DNA of 64,000 nucleotides. It comes from Schizochytrium sp. TIO01. Its lineage: Eukaryota; Protista; Bigyra: Labyrinthulomycetes. Both the position numbers and the translations under genes were made by a program. Location: NCBI GenBank assembly GCA_004764695.1, contig SMSO01000031.1, forward strand, positions 9,530,761 through 9,594,760. The letters are read 5' to 3'. The notes under the pieces were generated by a model. The model was not told the origin of the DNA, ran no database searches, and saw only the letters and a list, made by a program, of their open reading frames with translations. Positions 35,040 through 46,294 of this stretch are shown piece after piece. Each line of letters opens with the position of its first letter. Within the stretch, counting starts at the first letter, position 1.

Positions 35040-37370
35040 TTAGAAGCCGTACTCCTCCTCGTCAATAATAAACTTCACGCTGCCCTCCTTGGATATTTTA
35101 TGGGCTGAGCGGATAGCTCCGTGGACAAGTGACTCAGGTCCACAGAGAGAGACACCAGCTACTTTAATACCAGAGATGTCCTTGATGGAGCTAGCAAGCT
35201 CCGCAAACACCTCGTCGAGATCAGGGCGCTCCTGCGTTACAGTGAGTTGCTGAGGTTCAGCCTCAAGAAAGTATTGGCTCTCTGGCTGCACAAGCTTTTG
35301 GGTAGAGGCAATCCGTGCGACACGCTCCGGAAGAGCACCTCGAGACGTGGCGAGGTTCGTGATAAACGAGACAATCGAAAGTGCCAGGGCCATAGCTACA
35401 GTTCCGAAGAATGAGACAAGCATCATTTTGCAAATCATCACTGTGCGCTCCGGGCCAAAGTTACTCGAATGCCCGCCAGAACCAGAGCTAGACGTATTCG
35501 CCCAAATCCATCCGCGAAGAGTAGCGTATCCACAAACCAGAGTGACGATGGCCTTTGCAATGGGGGATCCGATCTTGGGTAGGTAGCGTCGAACAGGGCG
35601 TTCAGTTTGGAAGTCCCAGGTGGTGGCCGGTTGGAGCACGTAGTTCTCGGGGTCGACCGCTTCTTCCTTCCGAGTGATGTAAACGCGAATGTCAGCACCA
35701 CGAGCTGCAAGTTGCTCAACAAATGCAACGTGCTGATCCAAGAAGGCCTTACGAGTTACAAACCAGCGCATGCCAACGTACTTGAAGGCAGCCGATTGCA
35801 GAGCAGCATCAACAGCAAGGCCGTGAGCAGTGATTCCAACACCACCACAGATGAAAACCGCAGCGTCATTGGCAAGGTAGCTGTTGCAACGAGTGTGGGA
35901 TCCGCCGAATGGGCCGTCGAGGCGTACAGTGATACCAGTAGCAGAGAGGGTAGCGCCACGTACAGCACGTCCAATGTCGCGAGTCCAGTTTCCATTCTGG
36001 CGAATGTAAAAGATGACGGAGTGGTTCTCTTCGTTAACCTCGCCAACACTCATTGGGTGCCATTGGAGTACGGAGGCCTCCTTGACGTTAATGTGGAACC
36101 AGTGTCCTTGACGCGGGAGCGGAGTGTCCTTGTGCAAGCCGAGCTCAAGCTTGATGCACTCTGTGTCTTCATTGATGCTCATGTGCAGAACAGATACGGA
36201 GCGAGCACGGCGCCAGATGGAGATGACCTTGTCAGCCACGTAGGTGGCAAGACCTGCAAAAAGATAGGTGAGAGTTGTGGTGTCGTGGATGATGCCAAAA
36301 ACAAAAAAGAGGAGCGCTCCGATAAGATGGCTGTAGTAGAAGAGCTGATAAGACCAGCGACGGATGCGAGGCAAAGATGTGATGCTGAGAGCAATACCAC
36401 CATAAATAGAGACCTGACCGTAGATGTTCATCTTCACGAGGAACTCACGACAGTATGGGTCTTCGGGCACTGTGCTTGTCCAGCCCATGCAATATGCCAA
36501 GCTGTCATTGTACCAATATGTGAACACGCCAAACAATCCATGAAGAAGAATAGTGAGCATAGCCAGAACTCCAAGCCAGCGGTGGTAGCGAACAGCGCGC
36601 TCGAAGCCAATGTCAAAGAGCTCAAGCCAGAACGCATGCTTGGAGACCGGGATCATGAGCACTGCGCAATTGACTCCAAATCCAATACCAAACATACGGC
36701 ACACTGCCATCATGATTTGGGAAGTACCCCAGCTGGCACCACGAGCTGTGATACGCAACTTGAAGGCCGCGTAGTACACATACATGGTGTATGACTGCAA
36801 GATAATCCAAACAACCATGATAAGAATTTCAAGAACTGCAACGCCGCCGAAGAACGGAACGTCCCATGTGCTCCAAAGGCGAGCTGCAAGGCTCCGGGAC
36901 CAAAATCTCGGCGCTCCAGCGTTGTCAGTACGCAACATGAGATGGCCTGCTACGAAGAGGCAAGGCCATGCTGTAAACATGAGCAAGTAAACCCTTGCAT
37001 CACCCGAGCCACGCATACTATCGAGCTCGAAGTGCTCTGACACAAACTCTTTCACCTTGGTCTTGCCTCCAAAGATGAGCACTACCACGGTGAAGGCAGC
37101 GCAGCCAACTGCTGCCAGGTACATCAGCCATGACAGCACCATGCCAGCTTTGCGCGCCATGGACTTCAGGTTCACGTGTTGGTCACCCATCAGTACGTCG
37201 AAGTCGCCCGCAGGCAAGATCTTCGCGTCAGGGGAGAGCCCAGATGAAGAGGGGGGTGGGGAGGAGGGTCCAGGCCCAAAGTCGCCCTCGAGCACAAGAG
37301 CGTCTCGGTTTTGCTGCCGACCAGATCCCTCCTCTTGGTCCAGCGGAATCATTTGCATCTCTAGAGCCAT
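35040..37370 (-). CDS. Ferric reductase-domain flavocytochrome b, copy 3 (intact, with an N-terminal extension)
   Basis: Contains HRWLGVLAMLTILLH, HLIGALLFFVFGIIH, QWHPMS, DGPFG, CGGVGIT, LCGPESL and the terminal EEEYGF. The ATG is preceded by an A run. Confidence 0.95.
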   Translation of the reverse strand: MALEMQMIPLDQEEGSGRQQNRDALVLEGDFGPGPSSPPPSSSGLSPDAKILPAGDFDVLMGDQHVNLKSMARKAGMVLSWLMYLAAVGCAAFTVVVLIFGGKTKVKEFVSEHFELDSMRGSGDARVYLLMFTAWPCLFVAGHLMLRTDNAGAPRFWSRSLAARLWSTWDVPFFGGVAVLEILIMVVWIILQSYTMYVYYAAFKLRITARGASWGTSQIMMAVCRMFGIGFGVNCAVLMIPVSKHAFWLELFDIGFERAVRYHRWLGVLAMLTILLHGLFGVFTYWYNDSLAYCMGWTSTVPEDPYCREFLVKMNIYGQVSIYGGIALSITSLPRIRRWSYQLFYYSHLIGALLFFVFGIIHDTTTLTYLFAGLATYVADKVISIWRRARSVSVLHMSINEDTECIKLELGLHKDTPLPRQGHWFHINVKEASVLQWHPMSVGEVNEENHSVIFYIRQNGNWTRDIGRAVRGATLSATGITVRLDGPFGGSHTRCNSYLANDAAVFICGGVGITAHGLAVDAALQSAAFKYVGMRWFVTRKAFLDQHVAFVEQLAARGADIRVYITRKEEAVDPENYVLQPATTWDFQTERPVRRYLPKIGSPIAKAIVTLVCGYATLRGWIWANTSSSGSGGHSSNFGPERTVMICKMMLVSFFGTVAMALALSIVSFITNLATSRGALPERVARIASTQKLVQPESQYFLEAEPQQLTVTQERPDLDEVFAELASSIKDISGIKVAGVSLCGPESLVHGAIRSAHKISKEGSVKFIIDEEEYGF

Positions 37371-39356
37371 TTTTTTTTTTCTCTTCTTCTTCTTCTTTTA
37401 TAAAGAAAGAACCCTATATATGAATAGTATTGTTAAAGTTCTCAATTCTTTCTCTCTTTTCTTGTTTTTGTGCTCTTTTATCTATTCAGTGTTAGCACTG
37501 AGTTCGCACTTTCTTTTATCGTGAAGAAAGAAAATCTCTTTCTTTCTTTCTTTCTTTCTCTCTTTTTCTTTTTCTTTTCTTTTTTCTTCTTTCTTTTAGT
37601 TCTTCTGATTGATTGATTCACGAATCGATGATCGATGATTCACGGATTTCTGTTTCTGACTGACCTGACGAACCGCTCAGCCCACCGACAGGCGGGATCT
37701 CGCGCTGGTTGGTTGGCGTGAGTCTCAAAACCGTCTGTCTTCGTCCTCCCGGTAACGCCGAGGCAGGGCCGAGGCACGTCCTGAGCTAGCTACGTTCGAT
37801 GCCTGCAATGGGCAAACTTTGCCTGCCGATGGCGGTGCCAGGGATGCTGGCGGCGACAGCCTTGGCCTGAGTGCTCGAGCGGAGGGCTCTCTCGTCAAGC
37901 TGCAGCTGGCGTCGGAGCGAGTCTGGTGCACAGCGTTGGTCGCGAGCAGCAACGCCGGCCTCCGACTGCGATTGGGGAATGAATCGATCGCCCGGCGGAG
38001 CAATTGAACGATTGATCGATCGATTGATGGAATGAATGCACGCACGATTTCAACCTCTTTTCTGTAACATCTGCAATTTGGCAGTAACTCAGCAAGAAAT
38101 ACGTCTGAGAAACCTCCTTCGAAACGATCTTTGAGGCCTTCTTCCAGAGCGAGGACTTCTTTATTCTCCCGTGGAGCAGCGGCGAGGATGCAGCGGCAGC
38201 GATGTGCAATTCTCTCAATTCATTCATTCATTCATTCATCCATTCATCCATTCATCTGCTGCAGGTTCTTCTACTTGCCATCCTTTTGTTCATTGCACCG
38301 GAGTTCATTTAGTCTCCGGGATCATGAGACAGAAATCAGCGTAAGCTGCGGCTGCGAAGACGGCATGAAAGATGGACGCCACGAGAGGAGCCCAGTCGCC
38401 AAGACCAGCGAAAGAAGAAGCCCATCACTCCAGAAACCGGCGATGAGTGGAGCGTATTTCGTAGAGCGTATTTCCTGATTTCTTTCTACAGGCAACAGAG
38501 AGAATGCGCAGAGCATAGATCTGTTGAGCCTTTTCTGTAACATTAAAAAACCAATAAATGAGAAATTCAAAACTGCAAAATGCCAACAAAGACAAGCGAC
38601 GGATCGCATGAGATTTATTTCGCTCTCTCCTCCTTCGTTTCGGTCCGAGGCGCTTGAAGAAGTCGCCTCCTGGGCGAGAGGAGCAGGGTTCGGCGAGGCC
38701 TCGGGCGCGGCTTCAGCGCCGCCCAGCGCTTATGAGCGATTGGAAGCTACGCTTTGCTCCATCCAATGCCGCGTATGAACCCCAAAGGCACAAGCCCATC
38801 GACCTTCAATTTCTTTCACGCGCGGCCAAAGCGATAAAAGTAATGCAGTTCTTTCTTCTCTGAGAACACGCGACTCGCGCTCTGCCCCCTTATGGCGCCG
38901 CCTCTCACCTCCGCATCCCGCCCCGTGGGGGTCACTCAGGGAGAGGCGGGCAGGTCGCGCGGCACCCGTATCAGCGTGAAGTGTATTGAAGCGGCATTGA
39001 AAAAGGGGGTAGAAAATCGAAAATAAAAGGCGGGAAATGAACAAACAAAGCGAGAAACGAAGAAAGAAACGCGAGGAGGCTGATGCTCTTTCGAAGGGTG
39101 GGAGCGAGGAGGCTGAAGAAGGCACCGGCCGCCGCCGGAAATCAGGCGCCTCGCTCCTCTCCTCCTCTCGCCACGCGCGCTGCGAGCGGGGGCACGAGCG
39201 CGCCCGCGGCGCCGCTCCACAGCTCTGGCTGAAGCGGGTATCCCAGCGCGTGGGCCCACGCGCCTGGACCGCACTGTGGGTTGTCCGTACGACTGGCCGG
39301 GGGGCACCCGCCCGCAGAAAGGACATTGCGAAACGAAGGGATTGGACTTTCCGTCC

Positions 39357-39610
39357 ATCGATCGATGAATGAATGAATGAATGAATGAATGAATGAATGA
39401 ATGAATGAATGAATGAGTGAGTGAGTGAGTGATCGATTGATTGATTGATTCAATCAATGAATCAATGAGTGAGTGATCGATTGATTGATTGATAGGTCAG
39501 TAGAAGGAATGAGAGGTGCGCGATATCTGATTGTTGAGCCTCACCTCAAGCCAAAGTTCAAGATCAAGATCAAGATCAAGATCAAGTTCAAGTTCAAGTT
39601 TCAAGATCAA
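39357..39610. repeat. Compound microsatellite (GAAT)n-(GAGT)n-(GATT)n, then (TCAAGA/TCAAGT)n
   Basis: Read directly; GAAT run at ~39365-39416 and hexamer run at ~39546-39610. Confidence 0.9.
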
Positions 39611-40883
39611 AGAGATATTTCGGACGATTCGGTTAAAGAGTTGAAGATGGATATTTTGGAGTCGTGGAGAGTAAACAAACGATTGAAGTGGAGTTTTACT
39701 ACTCGTGATGAGGGCGTTGCGGGGAGGGCTAATCGTTGGTTGGTCGGCGCAGTTTGTGATCGTGATGCATTGCAGTGCAATTCAATTCAATCCAATGCAT
39801 TTATTTCTTTGTTTCTTTGTTTGCTTGCGCAAAAGAAGGGATGCCCAAGTCCTGTGTGCGGGCCTGGTTTAGGGATGGGCCGTTGACTCACTTGAGAGGT
39901 CCAAGACACGTGAGGAAGGATCGCTCGCGAGTCGAAAGGGTTGGATCGAGACCAGGGCTGTCGCCAGGATGACCTGACTGGTTCAAAGAACCTTCAAGTT
40001 GAGCTTGAGTGGATGGCGAGAACGTGGCGTCGTTGGCTTCGCGGGAATCTTTACCTACTACCTAAAACTTCGCGGAGACAGACTCGGTACAACCCATTGC
40101 GACGTTTCATGGAACGTTCGCGCTGTCAACGTTTGCGTGGTCTGAGGTTTGCTTTCTATCGACTACGCCTGCCAAACCATTGGACTTCAATTCGGGCACC
40201 TTTGGAGTCTAATGCTCGAATCCAATGTATCGGGCTGATGAAAAGGCGAGGAAGGGCATATCATATCATCCCTTGGTTTCAAGGAACGGATGTAGAGATT
40301 TTATCTCTCGTTGGATAAGTCTCAGAGGTTTGATTGATTGCGGGTACGCTTAGGGTGCAAAAGTCAAACACAGCAGAATTGTTTGGCAAACTTGCTTGCT
40401 TAGCTGCAAATGGATCCACAATGGATGGCTGCTGGTTCGATCACCCTGAAACCAAGTGCACAACTCCGACCGTTCTTGAACGCTTAGCGATAAGCTACTC
40501 GAGGACAAGCTACTCGAGGACAAGTTCCGGGCCCAGCTAGCTTAATTTGGGGCGGCAGGAACCATATAATCATGGCAGTTTTGTATTTTTTGATACCATT
40601 TTTATGATGATATCTTTTTTTTAAGTTAAAAAAAAAAAAAAAAAGTAATCCTCTATTTGTTAGTCTGATATACTTTTATTTATTTATTTATTTCTCCAGT
40701 CTGTCGTAAGACAGGTTTGAAGTTAAGTGAGTAAGTAAAAGCAAGTAGATAAGAAAAGTAGGCAGGCAAAGCGTTTAACGAAGAAGCAAGGTTCAATCAA
40801 GAGAGAACTTCATGTTTAGACATCGGATTTGTAATTTAAAGACTAGGAAACATTAGCAATGCAAAGTCAGTGGCGAGTTGAAT

Positions 40884-43157
40884 TTAGAAGCCAAACTCTT
40901 CCTCGTCCATGATGAACTTGACGTTGCCTTCCTTGGAAAGCTGCTCGCCAACCTCGGTGGAGCTGCGGACGAGCTTCTCAGGGCCACACAGAGAGACTCC
41001 GATCACGCGAGTCTCTGTCTCGTTTTTGACCATGCCGGCGATCTCTTTGAAAACAGAGTCAATCACAGGACGGCCCTGAAGAATGCGGATTTCCTGAGGC
41101 TTAAGACGGAAGCTCTTCTGGCTGGCCGGGCGAATCGTCTGCTGGGCAGAGCTAAACTGAGTTGAGAGGTTCGGGAAACGCTTCACGATCAAACGAGCAG
41201 CCAAAATAAGGAGAGCAGCACCGAGAGTGGCGGCCAAGGTACCACCAACCGAGATGCCAAGGATGCGTCCAAACATGTGTGCACGCTGAAGGTGGCGGTT
41301 CTCAAATTCCTTAGAGTTCTCGTTCTCCCAAATAAAGGCCTTGAGCATTGCAACAGCTGCGAAAACAAACACGAAAGCCTTTGCGAACGGGCTGCTGAAG
41401 AAAGCGATGAAGCGGCGCGGTTTTTTAGAGACATCATGGTTCCACTGTGCTGCAGGCTGCACAGCGTTCTTCTCCATGTCAAGGTTCTCGTTCTCCGGCT
41501 TACGAGTAATGAAAACCACAACATCTGCTCCACGTGCGGCGAGCTGCTCGAGGAACCTAATGTGCTGATCCAAAAAGGCCTGCTTTGTGACAAACCAGCG
41601 CACACCGACGTACTTGAAAGCACCCGAGTCCAAAGCGGACTCCACAGCCAAAGTATGAGCAGTAATGCCGATACCACCAGAAACAAAAAGAGCGCCATCA
41701 TTGGCCATGTAGCTGTTGCAGCGGGTGTGGGTGCCTCCAAAGGGTCCGTCAATACGAACAGTGAGCTCTTCGCATTTGCGAGCGACTTCACCAAGGCGGG
41801 TTGACCAGTTTCCACTGTGACGAATGTAGAAAGTAATCGAATGGTTTTCCTCGCTGCACTCGCTAACACTCATCGGGTGCCACTCGAGTGCAGACACCTG
41901 CGAAACGTTAATGTGGTACCATTGGCCCTGGCGCGGAAGAGGCACGCTCTTATGCAAAGCGATCTCAAGCTTGGTGCACTCTGTCTCATCATTCACGCTG
42001 TAGTGCAGAACGGTGCACGAACGAAGGCGACGCCACATGGAAATAGCCTTGTCAGCAACGTAGGTTGAGAAACCCATGAAGAAAAAGGTCAAAGTCTGCG
42101 TATCGTGAATAATACCAAAGATGATGAAAAAAGCAGCGCCAATCAAATGAGAGTAGTAAAACAGCTGGTAAGAATAACGGCGGATTGCAAAGATAGAAGT
42201 GAGGCTCAACAAGATACCGCCAGCAAGAGAAACCTGGCCATGAATGTTGATGAGGATGAGCTTCTCACTGCAGGAGCTGCTCTCAGGCTCAGTTGAGCTC
42301 CAGCCCATGCAGTAGATAAGACTGCTACCCTTGATGTAAGAAAACATGCCGAAAAGACCGTGCAGGAGCACAGTGACCATGGTGAGAATGCCAAGCCACC
42401 GGTGCAGGCGAACAGCTCGCTCGAAGCCCATATCAAAGAGTTCGAGCCAAAAGGAGTGCTTTGAAACCGGGATCAAGAGGATAGCAAAGTTGACACCGAA
42501 TCCAATGCCGAACATGCGGCAGAGGGCCATAAGGTATCTCTCGGTGCTCCAGCCGCGGCCTCGAGAGATCACCCTTTCCTTGTAGTTTTGAAAGTATTGG
42601 TACATTGTAAAGGTTTGTAGGCCAAGCCATACAAGAACGACAAAGATCTCTAGAATTGCCATGCCACCAATGAAGGGGACATTGATCGTCCGCCAGGCAC
42701 GGAACGAGATGTTGCGCCAGATGTATGTTGCAGGCTTATCTTCACGAAGAAGCTTGTAAAAGGCAGTGAAGACTGCTGTCATGAGAGTAAAAACCATCAA
42801 GTAAACGACGGTCTCTCCCGATCGGCGAACCTCTTCAATGTCAAAGTGCTCCTCTACGAACTCGGAGACCTTGTCGCAGGAGCTGAAAAGGAGCTCCACA
42901 AGGCCGAAGGAGATAGAGCCCCATGCTGCGAGCCAAAACAAGATGCTGAGGCCATAGCGGGTACGCTGGAATACGCTGACCCCAGTGTTGGATGAGCTGC
43001 CGCTAGTCTCGGAGCTGCTCTCAGGTGAAAGGATTTTGGCGCGAGTCTTTTCAGGCCCTTCGACAACGGAGGCAAGCTTTTGCTGCTCAATAAACTCCAC
43101 CGAGGTAGTTTGCTGGACAGGCTCGGCCACCTGCACGTTTTCAGTGCCTGCAATCAT
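40884..43157 (-). CDS. Ferric reductase-domain flavocytochrome b, copy 4 (intact, with an N-terminal extension)
   Basis: Contains HRWLGILTMVTVLLH, HLIGAAFFIIFGIIH, EWHPMS, DGPFG, SGGIGIT, LCGPEKL and the terminal EEEFGF. First ATG is at 43157; the ORF track uses a TTG at 43178. Confidence 0.95.
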   Translation of the reverse strand: MIAGTENVQVAEPVQQTTSVEFIEQQKLASVVEGPEKTRAKILSPESSSETSGSSSNTGVSVFQRTRYGLSILFWLAAWGSISFGLVELLFSSCDKVSEFVEEHFDIEEVRRSGETVVYLMVFTLMTAVFTAFYKLLREDKPATYIWRNISFRAWRTINVPFIGGMAILEIFVVLVWLGLQTFTMYQYFQNYKERVISRGRGWSTERYLMALCRMFGIGFGVNFAILLIPVSKHSFWLELFDMGFERAVRLHRWLGILTMVTVLLHGLFGMFSYIKGSSLIYCMGWSSTEPESSSCSEKLILINIHGQVSLAGGILLSLTSIFAIRRYSYQLFYYSHLIGAAFFIIFGIIHDTQTLTFFFMGFSTYVADKAISMWRRLRSCTVLHYSVNDETECTKLEIALHKSVPLPRQGQWYHINVSQVSALEWHPMSVSECSEENHSITFYIRHSGNWSTRLGEVARKCEELTVRIDGPFGGTHTRCNSYMANDGALFVSGGIGITAHTLAVESALDSGAFKYVGVRWFVTKQAFLDQHIRFLEQLAARGADVVVFITRKPENENLDMEKNAVQPAAQWNHDVSKKPRRFIAFFSSPFAKAFVFVFAAVAMLKAFIWENENSKEFENRHLQRAHMFGRILGISVGGTLAATLGAALLILAARLIVKRFPNLSTQFSSAQQTIRPASQKSFRLKPQEIRILQGRPVIDSVFKEIAGMVKNETETRVIGVSLCGPEKLVRSSTEVGEQLSKEGNVKFIMDEEEFGF

Positions 43158-43461
43158 TTTGCCTGAACTGAATTCCAAGCGAACTAAAGGACAATCTCGA
43201 GCTTGCTTGCCTCACACAAGCTTCAGCGCTGTCGTTGTCTGGCCGCCTCTGCCTGTCGAAGTAATTTCGACGCAGCTTTGGCCTGATTCGACAGTGATTG
43301 AAATGCACAGGGAGTGAAATTCAGAGGTTTGGGATTTGCTTGAGCCCTTTGCCTTGCTGAATGCCATCCGTGTCTACCGGGTACTGTCTCGCGCTCTACG
43401 GTCGCCTACCAAACTGTTACTGCCGTCTCCCAAATCATTATTACAAGCTAGTACTTAATTC

Positions 43462-43516
43462 GGCTGCCGTTGCTTCGTGAACACTATGGCTGCCGTTGCT
43501 TCGTGAACACTATGGC
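43462..43516. repeat. Perfect 26-bp tandem duplication (GGCTGCCGTTGCTTCGTGAACACTAT) x2
   Basis: 43462-43487 is identical to 43488-43513; it lies about 300 bp upstream of reductase copy 4. Confidence 0.95.
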
Positions 43517-43644
43517 CAGTAGGCGTCGTCTCGAGGCAGCTTGAGCCCACTAACTAACTAACTAACTGGCTTGCACGTTATTTACATATCATCACCCGAG
43601 TGCCTTTCATCCAACTTCTTACAAACTAAATTGAGAGTGAGTTC

Positions 43645-43720
43645 TTATCTCCAGAATGTTTGTTTTTATCTCCAGAGTGTTTGCTTTTATCTCCAGAGTG
43701 TTTGTTTTCATCTCCAGAAT
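43645..43720 (-). promoter_or_regulatory. 21-bp tandem repeat x~4 carrying AGATAA (WGATAR) sites; candidate regulatory array upstream of reductase copy 4
   Basis: TTATCT occurs at 43645, 43666 and 43687, with a TCATCT variant at 43708, each followed by CCAGA. The repeat is certain; the regulatory role is inferred. Confidence 0.4.
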
Positions 43721-46216
43721 TTTTGTCAAAGGGGCTTACAGCTGCCTCCCTCCCAAGTTCCGAGTCCTGGCCCTCTTCCTGCAGCAGGAAGGACTCCTTC
43801 CAACTTAATTTCTTTCTTATGACTTCCCATCACCTTTTGCTCTCGTTCTCTCCTCACTCACTCACTCACCTCCTTACAAGTGAGAAGGAACTACCTACCC
43901 TAAATCGAATCAGCCAACGCGAGAAAGAACCTCGAAAGCCTTTCGATTGCAGCGTCCTCTGAGATGATACACAGCCCTCGAAAAGCTTTTCAACTCAGGC
44001 TCGATCCACAGCGTCCAATGCCTCTGGAGCGGAGCCTGAGCCGGGGGCCTCGAGCACGCTTGGCGAGTCGGCGGTGGTGCTTTCTAATGCATTCGTAGCC
44101 TGCCTGCCAATCGATGAATGCGAATGCGAATGCGAATGTAAATGCAAATGCAAATGCGAATGCAACGTTCTTATAAAACATAAAACAAAATTCAATCCAT
44201 TCCGCCTACCAAGAAATAAGAAGATCCAGAGCTGCCGAAGATAAAGAACGTCAGCATCATCATCAGCAGCAAATGGCTCACCATTTAAAATGACTGACGG
44301 CTGCTCACCAAGTAATAGCAAAAAAGGCGTCTGTCCTCCAGAACGGCGCGAGGGTGTCTTGTCTGGAAGGCAACCAACCAGCTGCAGCGGAAACTAAACT
44401 CCGTCTCTGCTCTGGCGTCATCGCGCACAAAGATCAAGACGAGCCTGGCCGACCGCGACTATCGTAGCACCATCGCAACATGAAGCACGCCAAAATCCAA
44501 CTTGAAGAAGTGTTCCTTTGTCTCTGCAGAGTTTACTCTCATGCGAAATCAGTTCTCGACAGAGGCACATGCAAAAAAAGGAAAGAAAAGGGCTTTCACA
44601 CACCCCTCCGCCCATAATAAACCCAAACTACAGTCAGTTACTTCTTCTTCTTCGAAAGAAAGAAAGAAAGAAAGTTAGAAAGTTAGAAAGAAAACTGGAC
44701 GTCTTGAAGCAGAAAAACCTTCGTTTCCTGCAAACTGCCTCTTGAAATGGCGGCTTGGCCAGGCAGGCAGGCAGGCTCGAGCGAGCCTTCGATCGCAAGA
44801 GCCACTCAGATCGGCAGCAAGTCGATCCGACTTGAAAGTCCCGAAAGCCGCAAACATCTGAGTGATCGCCGCATAATAGGTAAGTTTCGACGATTCATCC
44901 ATGGACCATTCGGTTCTTTCCTTTCCGCTCAATTCTTTATTCATTCGCTCTTCTTTGTTTGCTTCGCTTTCAATCGACATAAATCATTAAACACATAAAC
45001 AAACAAACAGGTAAACAAACAAACAAACAAACAAACAAACAGTCGAACAAACGAACGTAAAGTGAAATCAATTCATTCTGATTCATTCGTCAAATCACCG
45101 CTCACCATCCAAGTGTTTAGGAAGCGCTGCACGGGCGGCTTAAACTCTTAGGACCCGCATCATTAGGTTTTAGACCATGCGAGCCCACAGCAGGCCCCAC
45201 AGCAGATGCACGCGCCACCAGGCACTCAGCTTAACTGTGCAGGTCAGGCGCCAAGATTGCACGCTCCTGCACGATCACCGTCGATCGCGAGCCCCGGCCT
45301 CGCGCCGTGCGACGATAGCTGCCGCCGGAGCTGCGAAGGAGCCGGAGGCGGGGCTTAAGAGACGCTTGATCGAGGTCCTGAGCGGGCGACGCTTGACGAA
45401 TGGATCTCGATCCATCGATCGATCGATCGATCGTCGCCCCCTCCCTCCGTGGAAAACGGGGGTCGCCACGGATCCAGTGAGAGGGTATTTGTTCAAGATA
45501 AATGAGATGGGGCTGCGGCAGCTGTGGGAGAGCCACACAGCGCCCCCGCAGCTGGTCGCTGCAGGTTTGAGAGCACGCGTAATACGTCCATGGCGCACGC
45601 CGGGAGGGAACCCGCAAAGCTGTAGTTAAGTGGCGCTGCCACGAGGAGGTCGGAGATCTCGGAAAGCGGACTTGGGCATGACTTAATCAGTTCGCAATGA
45701 ACGAATGGCTGGCTAGCTCGCTGGTCTTTGAAGGCAGCCATGGAGGCGTCGAGCCGATGGCCGCGAGGCGTAGGTGTGAGACTGTGTGCACGGCTGCAGG
45801 CACTTGGATCGACTTTTCCATTGCTTCTTTGCGTGTCATGGTTTAGGTTTTAGGCCATGTTCCTTTCTTCTCTTTTTTTTTCTTTTTTTTTCTTTCCCCC
45901 CTTTTTTTCCCCCATGCCACAGTTTTGGTTTTTTTTTGTTTTTTTTTTGTTAAATTTATTTTATTTTATTTTTATTGAAAGGATTTCTTAACTTTTAAAT
46001 GTTTAGAAGAAGAAGCAGTACAGAAGATCATTCATATGTTGTGGTGAAGTTTCTAAGGATGGGCCGTTTCGAAGGCACTCCTTGCGTCGACCGGGATTGA
46101 TTGAGGAGAGTCGATATCGCTCGCGGCCCTTAAGATCGCCGTCGCCCAAGAGCGGGTCGTTTTAAAATAAGTGGCGAGTGGGCAACGGGTCGATTGATGG
46201 CCCAAGAAGGGTTGGG

Positions 46217-46294
46217 TTTGCTATTTTGCTATTTTGCTATTTTGCTATTTTGCTATTTTGCTATTTTGCTATTTTGCTATTTTGCTATTTTGCT
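46217..46294. repeat. (TTTTGCTA)~9-10 octamer repeat
   Basis: Read directly from the sequence. Confidence 0.95.

Noticed and set aside
35607-36794. 395-aa plus-strand ORF (and similar ORFs at 54485-55456, 62922-63821, 16725-17687, 27501-28163)
   Set aside because: These are antisense shadows of real genes caused by codon bias, with no independent protein motifs.
40428-40455. GGTTCGATC...CCA resembling a tRNA T-arm and 3' end
   Set aside because: The flanks do not pair into a T-stem and no cloverleaf can be built.
43462-43720. Short direct repeats as a possible CRISPR array (also 53338-53422, 34471-34508, 40492-40525)
   Set aside because: The repeats are contiguous with no unique spacers, there are no cas genes, and the context is eukaryotic.
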